Below are positions 37,455 to 48,250 of a stretch of 64,000 nt of DNA, piece after piece. The translations under genes were made by a program, and so were the position numbers. The stretch spans positions 81,902,001-81,966,000 of the forward strand of contig NC_082721.1 in assembly GCF_030144855.1 (NCBI RefSeq). The letters run 5' to 3'. The notes beneath the pieces are model-generated. The model did no database searches, was not told the DNA's origin, and saw only the letters and a list, made by a program, of their open reading frames with translations. Positions within the stretch are counted from its first letter, which is position 1; each line of letters starts with the position of its first letter. This DNA comes from Hypanus sabinus (lineage: Eukaryota).

Positions 37455-37763
37455 GTAATGCTCCAGGTCTTGTCCACCTGCTCATCGGCTGATCCCAGCA
37501 AAGCCACACCTATGTCTGCTGTTGCTTCTCCAGCCCCAGCCTTCTGTCCGCCATTCTATATGACTCTCCCTCTCCTCCTCTGTCAGCCTTTATTGACATA
37601 TGTATTTTCCTCTCCATGTCTCTGCCTGTCTTTTTGTGGCTCTGTCCATGGGCCATGTCTGTTTTCCTCTCCCTCCCCCTCCCCCTCTCCCTCTCCCTCT
37701 CCCTTCTCTTTGTCTCTGTCAGCACACACTGTTTAACCATCCCTGCTTCTCCATGTTTCTCAG

Positions 37764-37892
37764 AATGCTTCGCTCTGTATTTCGGGATCCAGGGATCGGA
37801 ATGTTAACATTTGGGACCTAAGGCGTTTGTCCCAGGATGATGAGAAGGTTCTGGTGAAAACTCTTGGACGTGAACAACAGGGAACTCACAGG
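37764..37892 (+). CDS. FBXW9: FBXW9 coding exon 3 (WD40)
   Basis: [43 protein letters not shown]. Confidence 0.95.
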
Positions 37893-38697
37893 GTGAGGAT
37901 GCCAGCTTAAAAATCTATAACAGGGATTTTTACACAATCTCTATGCCCAACAGTGACCTTATCAGCCTCAGAATTTTGTTTTTCCTTGGATCAGGGAGAC
38001 CATCCCTGAGCCAGTCTCCTGCTCAGTCTGCAGTATGAGATTCTGTAGGGCTGCAGTGAATTGTACTCAGTGAGGAGCCTTATGGTGGAAAAGGACAGAG
38101 GGGTGAGGCGGGGGCAGAAGTCGGTTTAAGGAGGTGAATTTAGTTGAGGAATAGACACTCTGTTCTGTCAGTTGAACATTAACCATCTGATGGCTACCAG
38201 TGAAAGAAGAGTAAAGATTTCAAACGTCAATCAAATAACTAAATGAACTTTATATAAACTGATCATGTAAATCTGAAGTAAAAAAAAAATCAGTAGTACA
38301 GTAAGCAGTCAGCAGGTAAGACAGCATCTGTGGAAAGAGGAACGGTTTCGTTCAAGTCTGAGATCCTTTATCAGAACAAGGAGAGGGAGGTTTTTTTTAC
38401 TGTTCTTTTTCCACAGATACTGCCTGACTTGATGAGTTTTTCCAACTCTTTCTATTAACTCAAAATTACTTTGATCAGAGTGATTTTGCTTTTCATGGGA
38501 GATTGATGTGTATATTTTGACAGCTACTTTTCCTACCGTATAACAGAGAGACTGCACCTCTAAACTAATTCTCTTTGGAGCACTTTTAAATATCCTGAGG
38601 TGAAAAGTACTGTAGAAATGCAGGCTTTGTTCTGGCTCTGAGTGGGATGTTTTTTGATTCTTTTAGCTCTGCCACCCTATCTCTGCTCTTGTTGCAG

Positions 38698-38810
38698 GGC
38701 TGGGTCTGGGCTCTCGCAGCCCAGGACAATATGCTGTGCTCTGGATCGTGGGACAGCAGTGTCAAGCTCTGGGACATGGCTTCAGATGGTGCAGCAGTCC
38801 GAGACATGAG
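38698..38810 (+). CDS. FBXW9: FBXW9 coding exon 4 (WD40)
   Basis: GWVWALAAQDNMLCSGSWDSSVKLWDMASDGAAVRDM. Confidence 0.95.
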
Positions 38811-39539
38811 GTAGCGTCTAAGTCTAGGAAGTGGAGGTGTGAGTGAAGTAACATTGTGTGCCAGTGGGAGGTTAGACCCCAACCCACTGAAGTGGTGCTA
38901 GTCATTCACTGTTTCTAGCATTCCACTTCACTGGAAATCTCAGGGCAGTTGGGATGTAGTTGCCCAGAGAGGCATTACTGCACACACCACCAGCCTGTGC
39001 TTCCCATTCATATTCCAAAAGGCAATTAGATGGCTATGAAGTGGCTTTAAGGGCAAAAGGTGAAAAGTTTAAAGAGAACACGAGGGGAAACTTCTTCACA
39101 CACAGGATTGCATGAGTCTGGAAAAAGCTGTCAGCATAAGTGGTGCATGCGCGCTTGATTTCAAAGTTAAAGCGAAGTTGGATAGGTTCTTGGGTTATAG
39201 GGGTATGGAGGGCTATGGTCCTGGTGCAGGTTATTGGAGAAGGCAGTTTAAAGGTTTTCAGCATAGGTCAGATGGGCCGAAGGGCATATTTCTGTGCTGT
39301 ACTTTTCTATGCCTCCCAAAGCAGCCAGTGCTGTTGCTCAGGCTCATCGTTCCAGGTGTCCGCACATGTCTTGGCTTCATTGCTTTCCATCTCATTCTCG
39401 ATTCCTGATTTAGGGGATGAGTAATCTGAGAGCATGAGTTGAGTGGCTGTGTGATTCTTCAGTTTTCCATAGTGTGGAGGCTATCAGACACTTGCATCAC
39501 TCTGGCTCACAGTCAGCACACTTGCTGAATGTTCATACT

Positions 39540-41070
39540 GCATGACTCCCTGCTTCCACCAGAATATTCCAGAAAAATGGGATATGCTGATCAGTGCCCT
39601 TAGGAAAGCAAAGCATGAGTACTCACAGGAAATTCACGGACATCTTTTTGACGCCAAGGACATGTGCATGTGACAAGGTATTCAACTATAACAAGCTTCA
39701 TGCAGCCACCATCATTTCGGTGCCCAAGAGAGCGATGGTAACTGGCCAAAACAATTAACACTCAGTGACAGTGACCTCAAGAATCATGAAGTCCTTTGAG
39801 AGGCTGGTGATGGATTGTGTAAAATTCCACCCTCCTGCTACATTGGACCCTTTCCAGTTTGCCTACACTCAAACTGGTTTACTGATGATGCCATAGCCTC
39901 GGCCCTCCATTCTGTCCTGTCCCACCTGGAAAACAATGTCTTATACACCGAGATGTTGTTCATCAACATCAGCTTGCTGTTTAATGTGATCAACCCTCAG
40001 GGGCTGGTGGGTAAGCTGTCCTTGTTGGGACTTGATACCCCTCTCCGTGACTGGATCTTGGACTTCTTGACGGAAAGAGCCCATTCAGTCCGAGTTTGCA
40101 GCAAATTCTCAAGCTTCATCACAGAGTACTGGTGCCCCCCCAGGGCTGTGCAGTCAGCCCACTGCTGTTCATGCAGCTGACCCACAGCTGCACTGTCAGA
40201 CCCAGCTCAAACCACATCATCATTGATGATGCTACAGTGGTTGGCCTCTTCAGCAACGATAATGAGTGGACATACAGAGAGGAGGTAGAGAGGCTTGGAA
40301 AGTGGTGTGAGAACAGCAACCTGAGTCTCAGTGTGGATAACACAAAAGAAGTGACTGTGGGGGACTTCAGGAATGCACAAGTCAAACCACTCTCCATTGC
40401 GCATTGATGTCTGTCATGGATGGAGTGAAGAGCACAAAGTTTCTCGGTATGCACGTAACGGTCGATCTAACCTGGTCCCACAACACCACCTCACTAAAGA
40501 AGGCACAGCAGCATCTACACTTTCTGAGGAGATTGAGACATGCGAGACTCCCCGGCCCCTTCCTAACAACTTTTTTACAGGAGCACCATGGAGTGTCCTG
40601 TCTGCCTGCATTATCGTGTGGTATGGAAGCTATCAGACCACAAGGCTTTAAAGAGATTGTAAAAATGGCTGAGAGGATCACTGTGGTCTTCCTCTTCCCT
40701 CCCCCCCTCCCCATTTGTGACATTTACTGGAAGTGTTGCAGATAAAGGGCCTGAATCATTGTCGAGGACCCCTACCACCCATCCCACAATCTTTGACCCA
40801 CTACCGTCAGGAGGGAGGTGCAGAGGCGTTCAGTTTAGGACTGCCAGGCTGGGTAACAATTTCTTCCCTCAGGCTGTGAGATTAATTAATATTCTGTCAC
40901 CACTGAGGTCTCATCACTAGGATTGCGAGCTGCTTACTGTTTATCTGTGTTGTGCATTTTGAATTATATTTTATTAACTTATGACCGTATTTAGGTTAAT
41001 GTGCTGTGTGTGATGTATGTGAGTGTACCATGGTTTGGGGGAATGTTGTTTCATATATGTACAGTCAGAT
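39540..41070 (+). mobile_element. Rex/Babar LINE RT fragment
   Basis: IMKSFERLV, TDDAIASALHSVLSHLE, PQGCAVSPLLF, KKAQQHLHFLRRL, LPSGGR...NNFFPQAVRLIN. Confidence 0.9.
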
Positions 41071-41422
41071 AAATTTTAAGTTGTGTATCAGTCCAGGAGT
41101 TGTGACTTCTTTAGGAGGCATTGAAGTTTACACTGCACTTGTGGCATAAACACCCCACCCACCTTGCCGAATCTTGTGCTAAGTCCTTGCCATGTACATG
41201 TGGATATGAGGTAACAACAGAATGCAGTTTCCCCATAAGATAATGCTCTTCACTGAGAAACCAGAGACAAAGGTGTGTTCCTGAGCCACTGGGTGGCATG
41301 GGAGGGGTAGACGAGGCAAATCAGTGTCTGAACTGCCCCCTTATGATGCAGTTGGGAAATGTGAGGCAGCAGGATGCATAATGCAAGCTGATGTATTGCT
41401 GACTGAGATTTTATTTCCACAG

Positions 41423-41514
41423 CGGGAAAGCGGCTGTGCTCTGTTTGGTGTATCTTCCCGACGTCCTGGTAGCGGGATCATATGATAAGCTGGTCACCAT
41501 GTACGATCCACGAG
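41423..41514 (+). CDS. FBXW9: FBXW9 coding exon 5
   Basis: [31 protein letters not shown]; phase 2 to phase 1. Confidence 0.95.
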
Positions 41515-41693
41515 GTCAGTATGTGCTTTCTTCCGATGGGGGAAAGGGTAGAATTCATCCCTTGTTCTCCTGATTCGCGCACAGTGGGCAATCTCATGTA
41601 GACGCTGATTTGAGCAGTGATGTGTATCATTTTGATAGTTTGCTGTGGGCAAGTCGGTATTTGTTTAATTGCACTGTGTCCTCCATTCCACAG

Positions 41694-41842
41694 TCGATAA
41701 CCCCGTGGTGGCCAGATGGAAGCTGCACTCCAGCGCTGTTCTCTCCCTGGTAGCCGATGATCGTTTTGTACTGTCTAGTAGTGAGGACAGGACCCTGGTG
41801 GTAGTAGATCGCAGAACTAATCATGTTCTACAAAGGCTGCAG
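41694..41842 (+). CDS. FBXW9: FBXW9 coding exon 6
   Basis: [50 protein letters not shown]. Confidence 0.95.
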
Positions 41843-41989
41843 GTATGTGTTGTCACCGATCAACCTGCTTTTGACCCCGCCTGGGCACCCATGCCCCTTG
41901 GGTCCATTCGCCATCACCTCCCTGCTCTCCCTGTTCACTCACTCACTCACTGTGTAGGAATAAGATGGCCGCAAAGCTGATTCATAAAC

Positions 41990-42915
41990 CACTCACCAGA
42001 CTGATTTGGGTGAAAATGTAGAAGGGTCAGTTAGTAAGTTTGCAAAATTGGTGGAGTTGTGCATAATGTAGAAAACTGGCAATGAAGATGGGTCAGTTGC
42101 AGATGTGGGTTGGGAAATGGCAGGTGGAGTTTAAGCCGGCAGAATATGAAGTGTTGCACCTTAGTAAGTCAAATGTAAAGGGACAGAACACTTGGAGGCA
42201 AGACCCTTAATAGTGATAATGAGTAGAGGGATCTTGCGGTCCAAGTTCATCGCTTCCAAAAAGTGGCCATGCAGGTTAATAGGGTGGTTAAGAAGGCATT
42301 TAGCATTCTTGTCTTTATTAATTAAGACATTGAGTCGAAAGCTCAGGAAGCTATGTTGGAGCTTCATAAAATTCTAATTAAGTCCTGTGCAGAGTATTGC
42401 ATACGGTTCTGGTTGCCCCAGTGTAGGAAGGATGTTGGGGCTCTCGAGAGGGTGCAGAAAAGGTTTATCAGGATGCTGCCTGGATTAGAGGGCATGTGCT
42501 ATCACGAGGGGTTGGACAAACGGATTGTTTTCTCTTGAGTGGCAGAATGTGAGGGGAGAGCTGATAGAGGTTTATAAGATAATGAGAGGCATAGATAGAA
42601 TTGACAGTGTCTGTTTCCCAGGGTTGAAATGTCTAATACAAGAGGGCATGCATTGAAGGTAAGGGGGTAATTTCAAAGGAGGTATGAGGGATAAGGTTTT
42701 TTATGTAAGGAGTGGTGACTGCATGTAATACGCTACCTGGGATGATGGTAGAGGCAAATGCATTGAGTACTTTTAAAGAGGCGTTTAGATAGGCATGAGT
42801 GTGAGGGAAATGGATGTTGTGTAGTTTAATTGGCCATTTGATTATTAATTTAATTGGTTTGGCACTACAGTGTGGACTGAAGGGCCTGCTCCTGTGCTGT
42901 ACTACTATGTTCTAT
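41990..42915 (+). mobile_element. CR1 LINE 3' portion
   Basis: EYCIRFWLPQCRKDVGALERVQKRFIRMLPGL and the CR1 3'UTR. Confidence 0.9.
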
Positions 42916-43469
42916 TGAGTAGACGAGTCTATCAATGTCAGCTTTGAATTTACTCTCCATATGAGTATCGTTAGACTCTGCAGAAGAACTTCTCTTTCCA
43001 TTTCTAAATGAGATTTGGTCCTGAGGCCAGGTGCCCAACTAGTAGACTCCTTGTCTAAAAGGAATGGCCTTTCAGGTATCTAACCTGTCAGTACCTTGTC
43101 AACCAACTCTATAGAGTGGTGCACTCGCCAAAACCATCATTCCTCCAGCTCCATTTATTGTGAATAATAGTATGCAGAACAGTGGCATTGAATTGAAGAG
43201 GTGCCACAGCTGGCTGAGCTGCTGCCTCACATCTCCAGTGACCTGGATTCAACCCTGGTGTCCATTGTTGTGTGTACGCATGTATACTTTGCAGATATTC
43301 TGTGTGACTGTGTGGATTGATTGATTGGCAGCAACTTACAGCGAGTGGTAATGGTAGAATTTGGATGAGAAATGAAGGGAATATTGGGAATAAAATAAAA
43401 TCAGAGCCTGATTAGTGTTGTTAGTGCTTAATGATTGGTGCAGACTCAGTGGGCCAAAAGGTGTCTGCC

Positions 43470-43965
43470 TGGCAGATCTGGGCAGAGAGATGGCAGATGG
43501 AGTTTAAGCGGACGAAATATGAAGTGTTGTACCTTGGTAGGTCAAATGCAAAGGAATGGAACACTGTTGAAGGCAAGACTCTTAACAGATGATGAGCAGA
43601 GGGAGCTTAGGGTCCAGGTTCATAGCCCCCTGAAAGTGGCTACATAGCTTAATAGGGTGGTTAAGAAGGCTTATGGCATGCCTGCCTTTAATTTGTCAAG
43701 ACATTGAGTTCAAAAGCAAGGAAATTATGTTGGAGCTTCATAAAATCTAATTAGGCCACATCTGGAGTACTGCGTACAGTTCTGGTTGCCCCATTTTGAT
43801 GGTGAGGCTTTGGAGAGGGTGTGGAAGAGGTTTACCAGGATGCTGAGGGCTTGTGCTATAATGAGTGGCGGAGGCTGAGGGGTGATCTGATAGGGTTTCA
43901 TAAGATCATAAGAGGCATAGATAGAATAGACAGCATCTCTTCCCCAACATTGAAATGTCTAATAC
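43470..43965 (+). mobile_element. CR1 LINE fragment ending ~26 nt before an FBXW9 acceptor
   Basis: RPHLEYCVQFWLP, RRLRGDLIGFHKIIRGIDRID; colinear with the 42100-42640 copy up to gaaatgtctaatac. Confidence 0.85.
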
Positions 43966-43991
43966 CACTTGCTTTTATCTCCTTCTCTCAG

Positions 43992-44105
43992 TTTGATTCT
44001 TACCTGTTGAGCATGTCATACGAACGTGGTGAGCTTTGGGCCGGAGACAGGTGGGGTTTGGTCCACATCTTCGACCAACAGGATGGCAAATTCCAGCATG
44101 TCAAG
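43992..44105 (+). CDS. FBXW9: FBXW9 coding exon 7
   Basis: FDSYLLSMSYERGELWAGDRWGLVHIFDQQDGKFQHVK. Confidence 0.95.
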
Positions 44106-44295
44106 GTAAGGCCCTGTACATTTTTTTTATTGTTGTGTTTGACAATACGGGAGAGTTGTGTGTGCTGGTGGAGCATTTCTGAGTGTAAACAGCCTGCGGG
44201 TTATGGATTTGGAAATAGTGGAAAAGGAAATGGTTTTTCATCAAGTGTTGAGACTGATCTTGTCTCACAATTAACAATTCTGTTTTTCTCCCCAG

Positions 44296-44385
44296 TGCTT
44301 CAATGTTGGCCATCGTTCCCAGCTTACGGGAATCAGACATTCTGTAGGCACCCTGTACACTTGTTCAATGGATAAAACTATTAAG
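44296..44385 (+). CDS. FBXW9: FBXW9 coding exon 8
   Basis: [30 protein letters not shown]. Confidence 0.95.
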
Positions 44386-44609
44386 GTAGGTGCCTGAGCT
44401 GGCTAGCATAGTTTCGCTTCATGTACCATTTTACAAGGTGTGCTTGGTTCCCTCGACCCAACTCTAGTAGACTGATGGGCTGCTGTAAGTGTCGTGTGGG
44501 AAGTTGATGGGTATGTGAGAAAGAACAGGGCAATGAGACTGACTGGACAGCTTTGAGAACTGGGATGAGCACAATGGGCTGAATGGCCCTCCTGTAGAGT
44601 AACAGTTTT

Positions 44610-45925
44610 ATTTTACTGCCCATTACATCACTGGCATGTAGGGTGGCAATGATGGTGTGTTCAGGATGCTTTGTTTAGGGCTTCTTTTACCGTGTCATTA
44701 GCTTCTCTCGGTTTTCACTACTGTCAGTCTTGCAAGTCCCAGGTGGAGACTCAGGAACACCATCACACTCAGATGTAGAAGGATTCTTCATTGCTGTTTC
44801 CATATTAATTTTATTTTATCAGTCAGGGCTGTTAGCCCTGAGCTAAACCCTGAACTTGGCGGTCTGGTGGACCACTCTTAATCTGGCCTCTACTCTTCGA
44901 CCTGTTGGGCATGGGTGACCCTATCAAAAGCTAAAACACAAGGCCCTCACACCAGGTAACATAATTCTCCAGGTTATTGAGGCACACAACTTTCCAACCA
45001 CGACAAGGTGGCCCTCTTGGAGGAGGATAACAGAGGCTGAAAGTACTATTCCCTGTATTTCACATTACAGCAACCTTTGTAGGTAAAAATCAGTTAATCT
45101 CTGTTCACTAAACCCCTAATTCCTGAATAATAGAAAGGGCACAGATTAATCTTGTTTGCTATTGGTGGCTAACATTGGTGTAAGATACCAGAAACCAGAG
45201 GATTTATTATATCTGCAATTCCTAATGAACTCATGATAACTCTTAATGAGATATCATTCAGGACCTGGAACCTTGTCTGTGGAATCAGGTCACAGATCGT
45301 GAAGACTGTTCGAAGGGAACAAGGGGTATCTATTCAGCCCTTCCAGATATATTATACCATTCAGTTAAATCCTGACTGTTTTTTATTCTAAATTCATTGG
45401 TTTCATAACCTATTAACTCATTGCCCATTACACCACAGTCATTTAGGGCAGCAATGAAAGTCCTCCATCTCTGTCCATATAGAAGGATTCTTCATTGCAG
45501 TTTCCATAACAATTTATTTTGACCAGTCAGGGTTGTTAGCCGTAAGCTGAACCCCAGAACCTGGAGGAATGGTAGACCACTTTTAGTCTGGCATCTACCT
45601 TTTGACCTGTTCGGACTACTCTTAATCTGGCCTCTACCCTTTGATCAGTTGGGCATGAGTGACCCTACCAAAAGCACCCTCACATCAGCCAGCATAGCTC
45701 TCCAGGTCACTGAGGCACATAACTCTCCAACCACAAGGTTGTGGTCCTCTTGGAGGAGGGTAACAGAGTATGAAAGTACTATTCCTTTCATACCATTCCT
45801 TTGACTTTGAACCTACAAAGAGCCAAAGCACAAGGCCGTGAATAGAGACAAAATAGATCTCTGGGTCATTAAGGTACACAAGCCTCCAAACCCTACAACA
45901 AGGTTGTGGTCCTCTTGGAGGATAA
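44610..45925. repeat. Locally duplicated element, probably RTE-derived and non-autonomous (copies ~44610-45052, 45418-45785, partial 45815-45925)
   Basis: Direct repeats share agaaggattcttcattgc, ctcttaatctggcctctac, ctcttggagga and the flank tgaaagtactattcc. Confidence 0.7.
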
Positions 45926-46708
45926 CCTTTTAAACTCATTCCAAAAATCTTCATACTTTGGAAGACAATATATGAGATAAAATAAATTCAGTGACTACCT
46001 CCTGGTGTCAAGGTTGTACTCCTTAGTTTGGCCTTGGGAAACTTTTCTCTGATCCTCTCACCCCAAACACTGATCAGATCTTCCCCTGTCGGAACACATG
46101 GTCAATGTTCCCTCTAATTTGTAATGTCCAGTGTGCGCAAAAATACTTGTGCTGTGCAATTTTTACCTAGTGACGACAATAGATGCACACTGAGTATTTA
46201 AGTGAAAGTAAACCTGAAGCTATCATAAGGATAATAAACTTCCAAGTCCAGTTTATTTTTCATTCTTTTTGGTGTAGCAGTTTCTACTGTTTCATTAAGC
46301 CATTCCGCTTTAAAGAAACCAGCAATTCTTTTGAGCTTCACGCCATTTGTTTCTTTGGATTTTGATGTAGTGAATCAATTATTTCTTGAGTAGGTATAAA
46401 TAAGCCAGTTCTAAAATTTGCAGACAAATCATTGCAAACTCTACATTGCCAACACCGTCCACATCAGAAACCAGAAAAGGAAATATGATTGTGAAATATA
46501 TTTAACATGCCAATGTGATAGAGGGTGACAACTTTTTGTGCACAGTATAAATTCCTTTGTGCGCTAGTAGCAAAAGACGTGTATGCGCGTGCACCTTAGA
46601 GGGAACTTTGCATGTGGTTTATCCAAGTTTGTGCCCCACCGCAGAGCTCCAGCACCCTTCTGATTTGCTGGTAGGTTTCTGTAATCGTATGTATTACTTT
46701 GTCCACAG

Positions 46709-46774
46709 GTGCACGTGCCAACGGCGCCACCTCACACAATTTGCACTTTACCACACAATGATGTCGTGAATGGG
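46709..46774 (+). CDS. FBXW9: FBXW9 coding exon 9
   Basis: VHVPTAPPHTICTLPHNDVVNG; donor GG|GTGAGT. Confidence 0.95.
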
Positions 46775-48175
46775 GTGAGTATGATATCTGCACATGGCTA
46801 CTCCTGAGTCAGTACTTATGGTTTGGTGCTTATTTGCTGCCTGTCTCTCAGTATGATAGTCTTAGAAACTGACAATGTGGGCAGAGGGTGTGGCTGTGGA
46901 AGGTGAGGCTCCAGAGGAGGTTCATGATCCTAGGAAGAAAAGGTTAAAGTATGAGGGGTATTTGATAGCTCTTGGCCCATACTGTCTTGAGTTTAGAATG
47001 AGTCGGGAGGAGGCGCTCTCATTGAAAGGCCTTAGACACAGTGGATGTGGAGAGGATGTTTGCTGTGCTGGAGGAGTCTGGGATCAGGGCACAGACAGAT
47101 GGGGAGGAATATATTTAGCTGGGGGTGGCGGGGTGAATCTCTGGAATTCATTGCCACAGACAGCTGTGGAGGCCAAGTCATTGGGTGAGATTTAAAGCGG
47201 ATGTTGATAGATTCTTGATTAGTGAGGGCATCAAAGGTTTCAGGAAGGAGGCAGGAGTAGGGTTTGAGAAAGATAATGAGTCAGTCATAATGGAATGGCA
47301 GAGCACTGGATGGGTCAAATGATCCAATTTTACCCCTCTGTCTTCTGGTGTTACACATTTGAAGAGTATCTAGGGCAGGGGTTCCCCCTTGGGTCCACAG
47401 ACCCTTTGCTTAATGGTAGTGGCCCATGGCATAAAAAAAGTTGGGAACCCCTGATCTAGGAGCACTTGGCTCATCCAGGGAAAGATCAGCATGCTGCTAG
47501 TTCCCACTGAGCTGTCTGATGAGGGTCAGGTCTGGCCAGGGTATGGATCTAGGGTCTCTTGGCTTATCCAAGGGAAGATCAATTGCCCCCACTTCCCATT
47601 GGGCATTCTGATAAGGACCAGGTGTGGCTCGGCTCTGTTAGTTCTGAGGCAGCACTCACCCATGTGGAAAATGGACGCGGGTGAGATCAGCCAGTTCAAA
47701 TTAATTCCACGCAGATTAGCATTTCATTCTTGTCGCTGTCTGTAAGGAGTTGGTACGTTCTTCCCGTGACCACATGGGTTTCATCTAAGTGCTCTGGTTC
47801 CCCCCCAACCCCAAAGACATCCGGTTAGGGTTAGTGAGTTGTGGGCATGCTGTGTTGGCACTGGAAGCATGGCAACACTTACAGACAGCCTAGCGAAATC
47901 CTCGCCAATTTGATTTGACAGAAAGTACACATTTCCCCATGTTTCAATATACACATGACAAAAAAGCTAATCAGTCAATCCGTAGAATCCCTAGACGAGG
48001 TGGGAGAGCGGTGAGGGTGGGTATAGATCTCCATGAACCTCCACACGAGTGGGTGCGGGAGGGCTGAGTGTGTGGAGAAATGGAGAGAATCCTATGCCAA
48101 AAGGGCATGGGGAGAGCTGTATAGTTTGGATTGGGCGTACCCCCGCTAATGCTGGAACGGTGTTCTCTGCTCCAG

Positions 48176-48250
48176 ATAAGTGTGGAGAAGGACGTGTTGG
48201 CAGCAGCTTCTGGATCCATGTCTGTGGAGATCTGGAGAATGGGCAAGTGA
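48176..48250 (+). CDS. FBXW9: FBXW9 last coding exon
   Basis: ISVEKDVLAAASGSMSVEIWRMGK*; compare the human C-terminus as recalled, VCAEGNLVVAGSGDLSLEVWRLQA. ATTAAA at 48418-48423. Confidence 0.9.
   Translation: MSVEKDVLAAASGSMSVEIWRMGK

Noticed and set aside
43821-44375. 184-aa ORF that looks like a LINE-WD40 fusion protein
   Set aside because: Chance in-frame read-through of a CR1 remnant, an FBXW9 exon and intron; the splice sites explain it.
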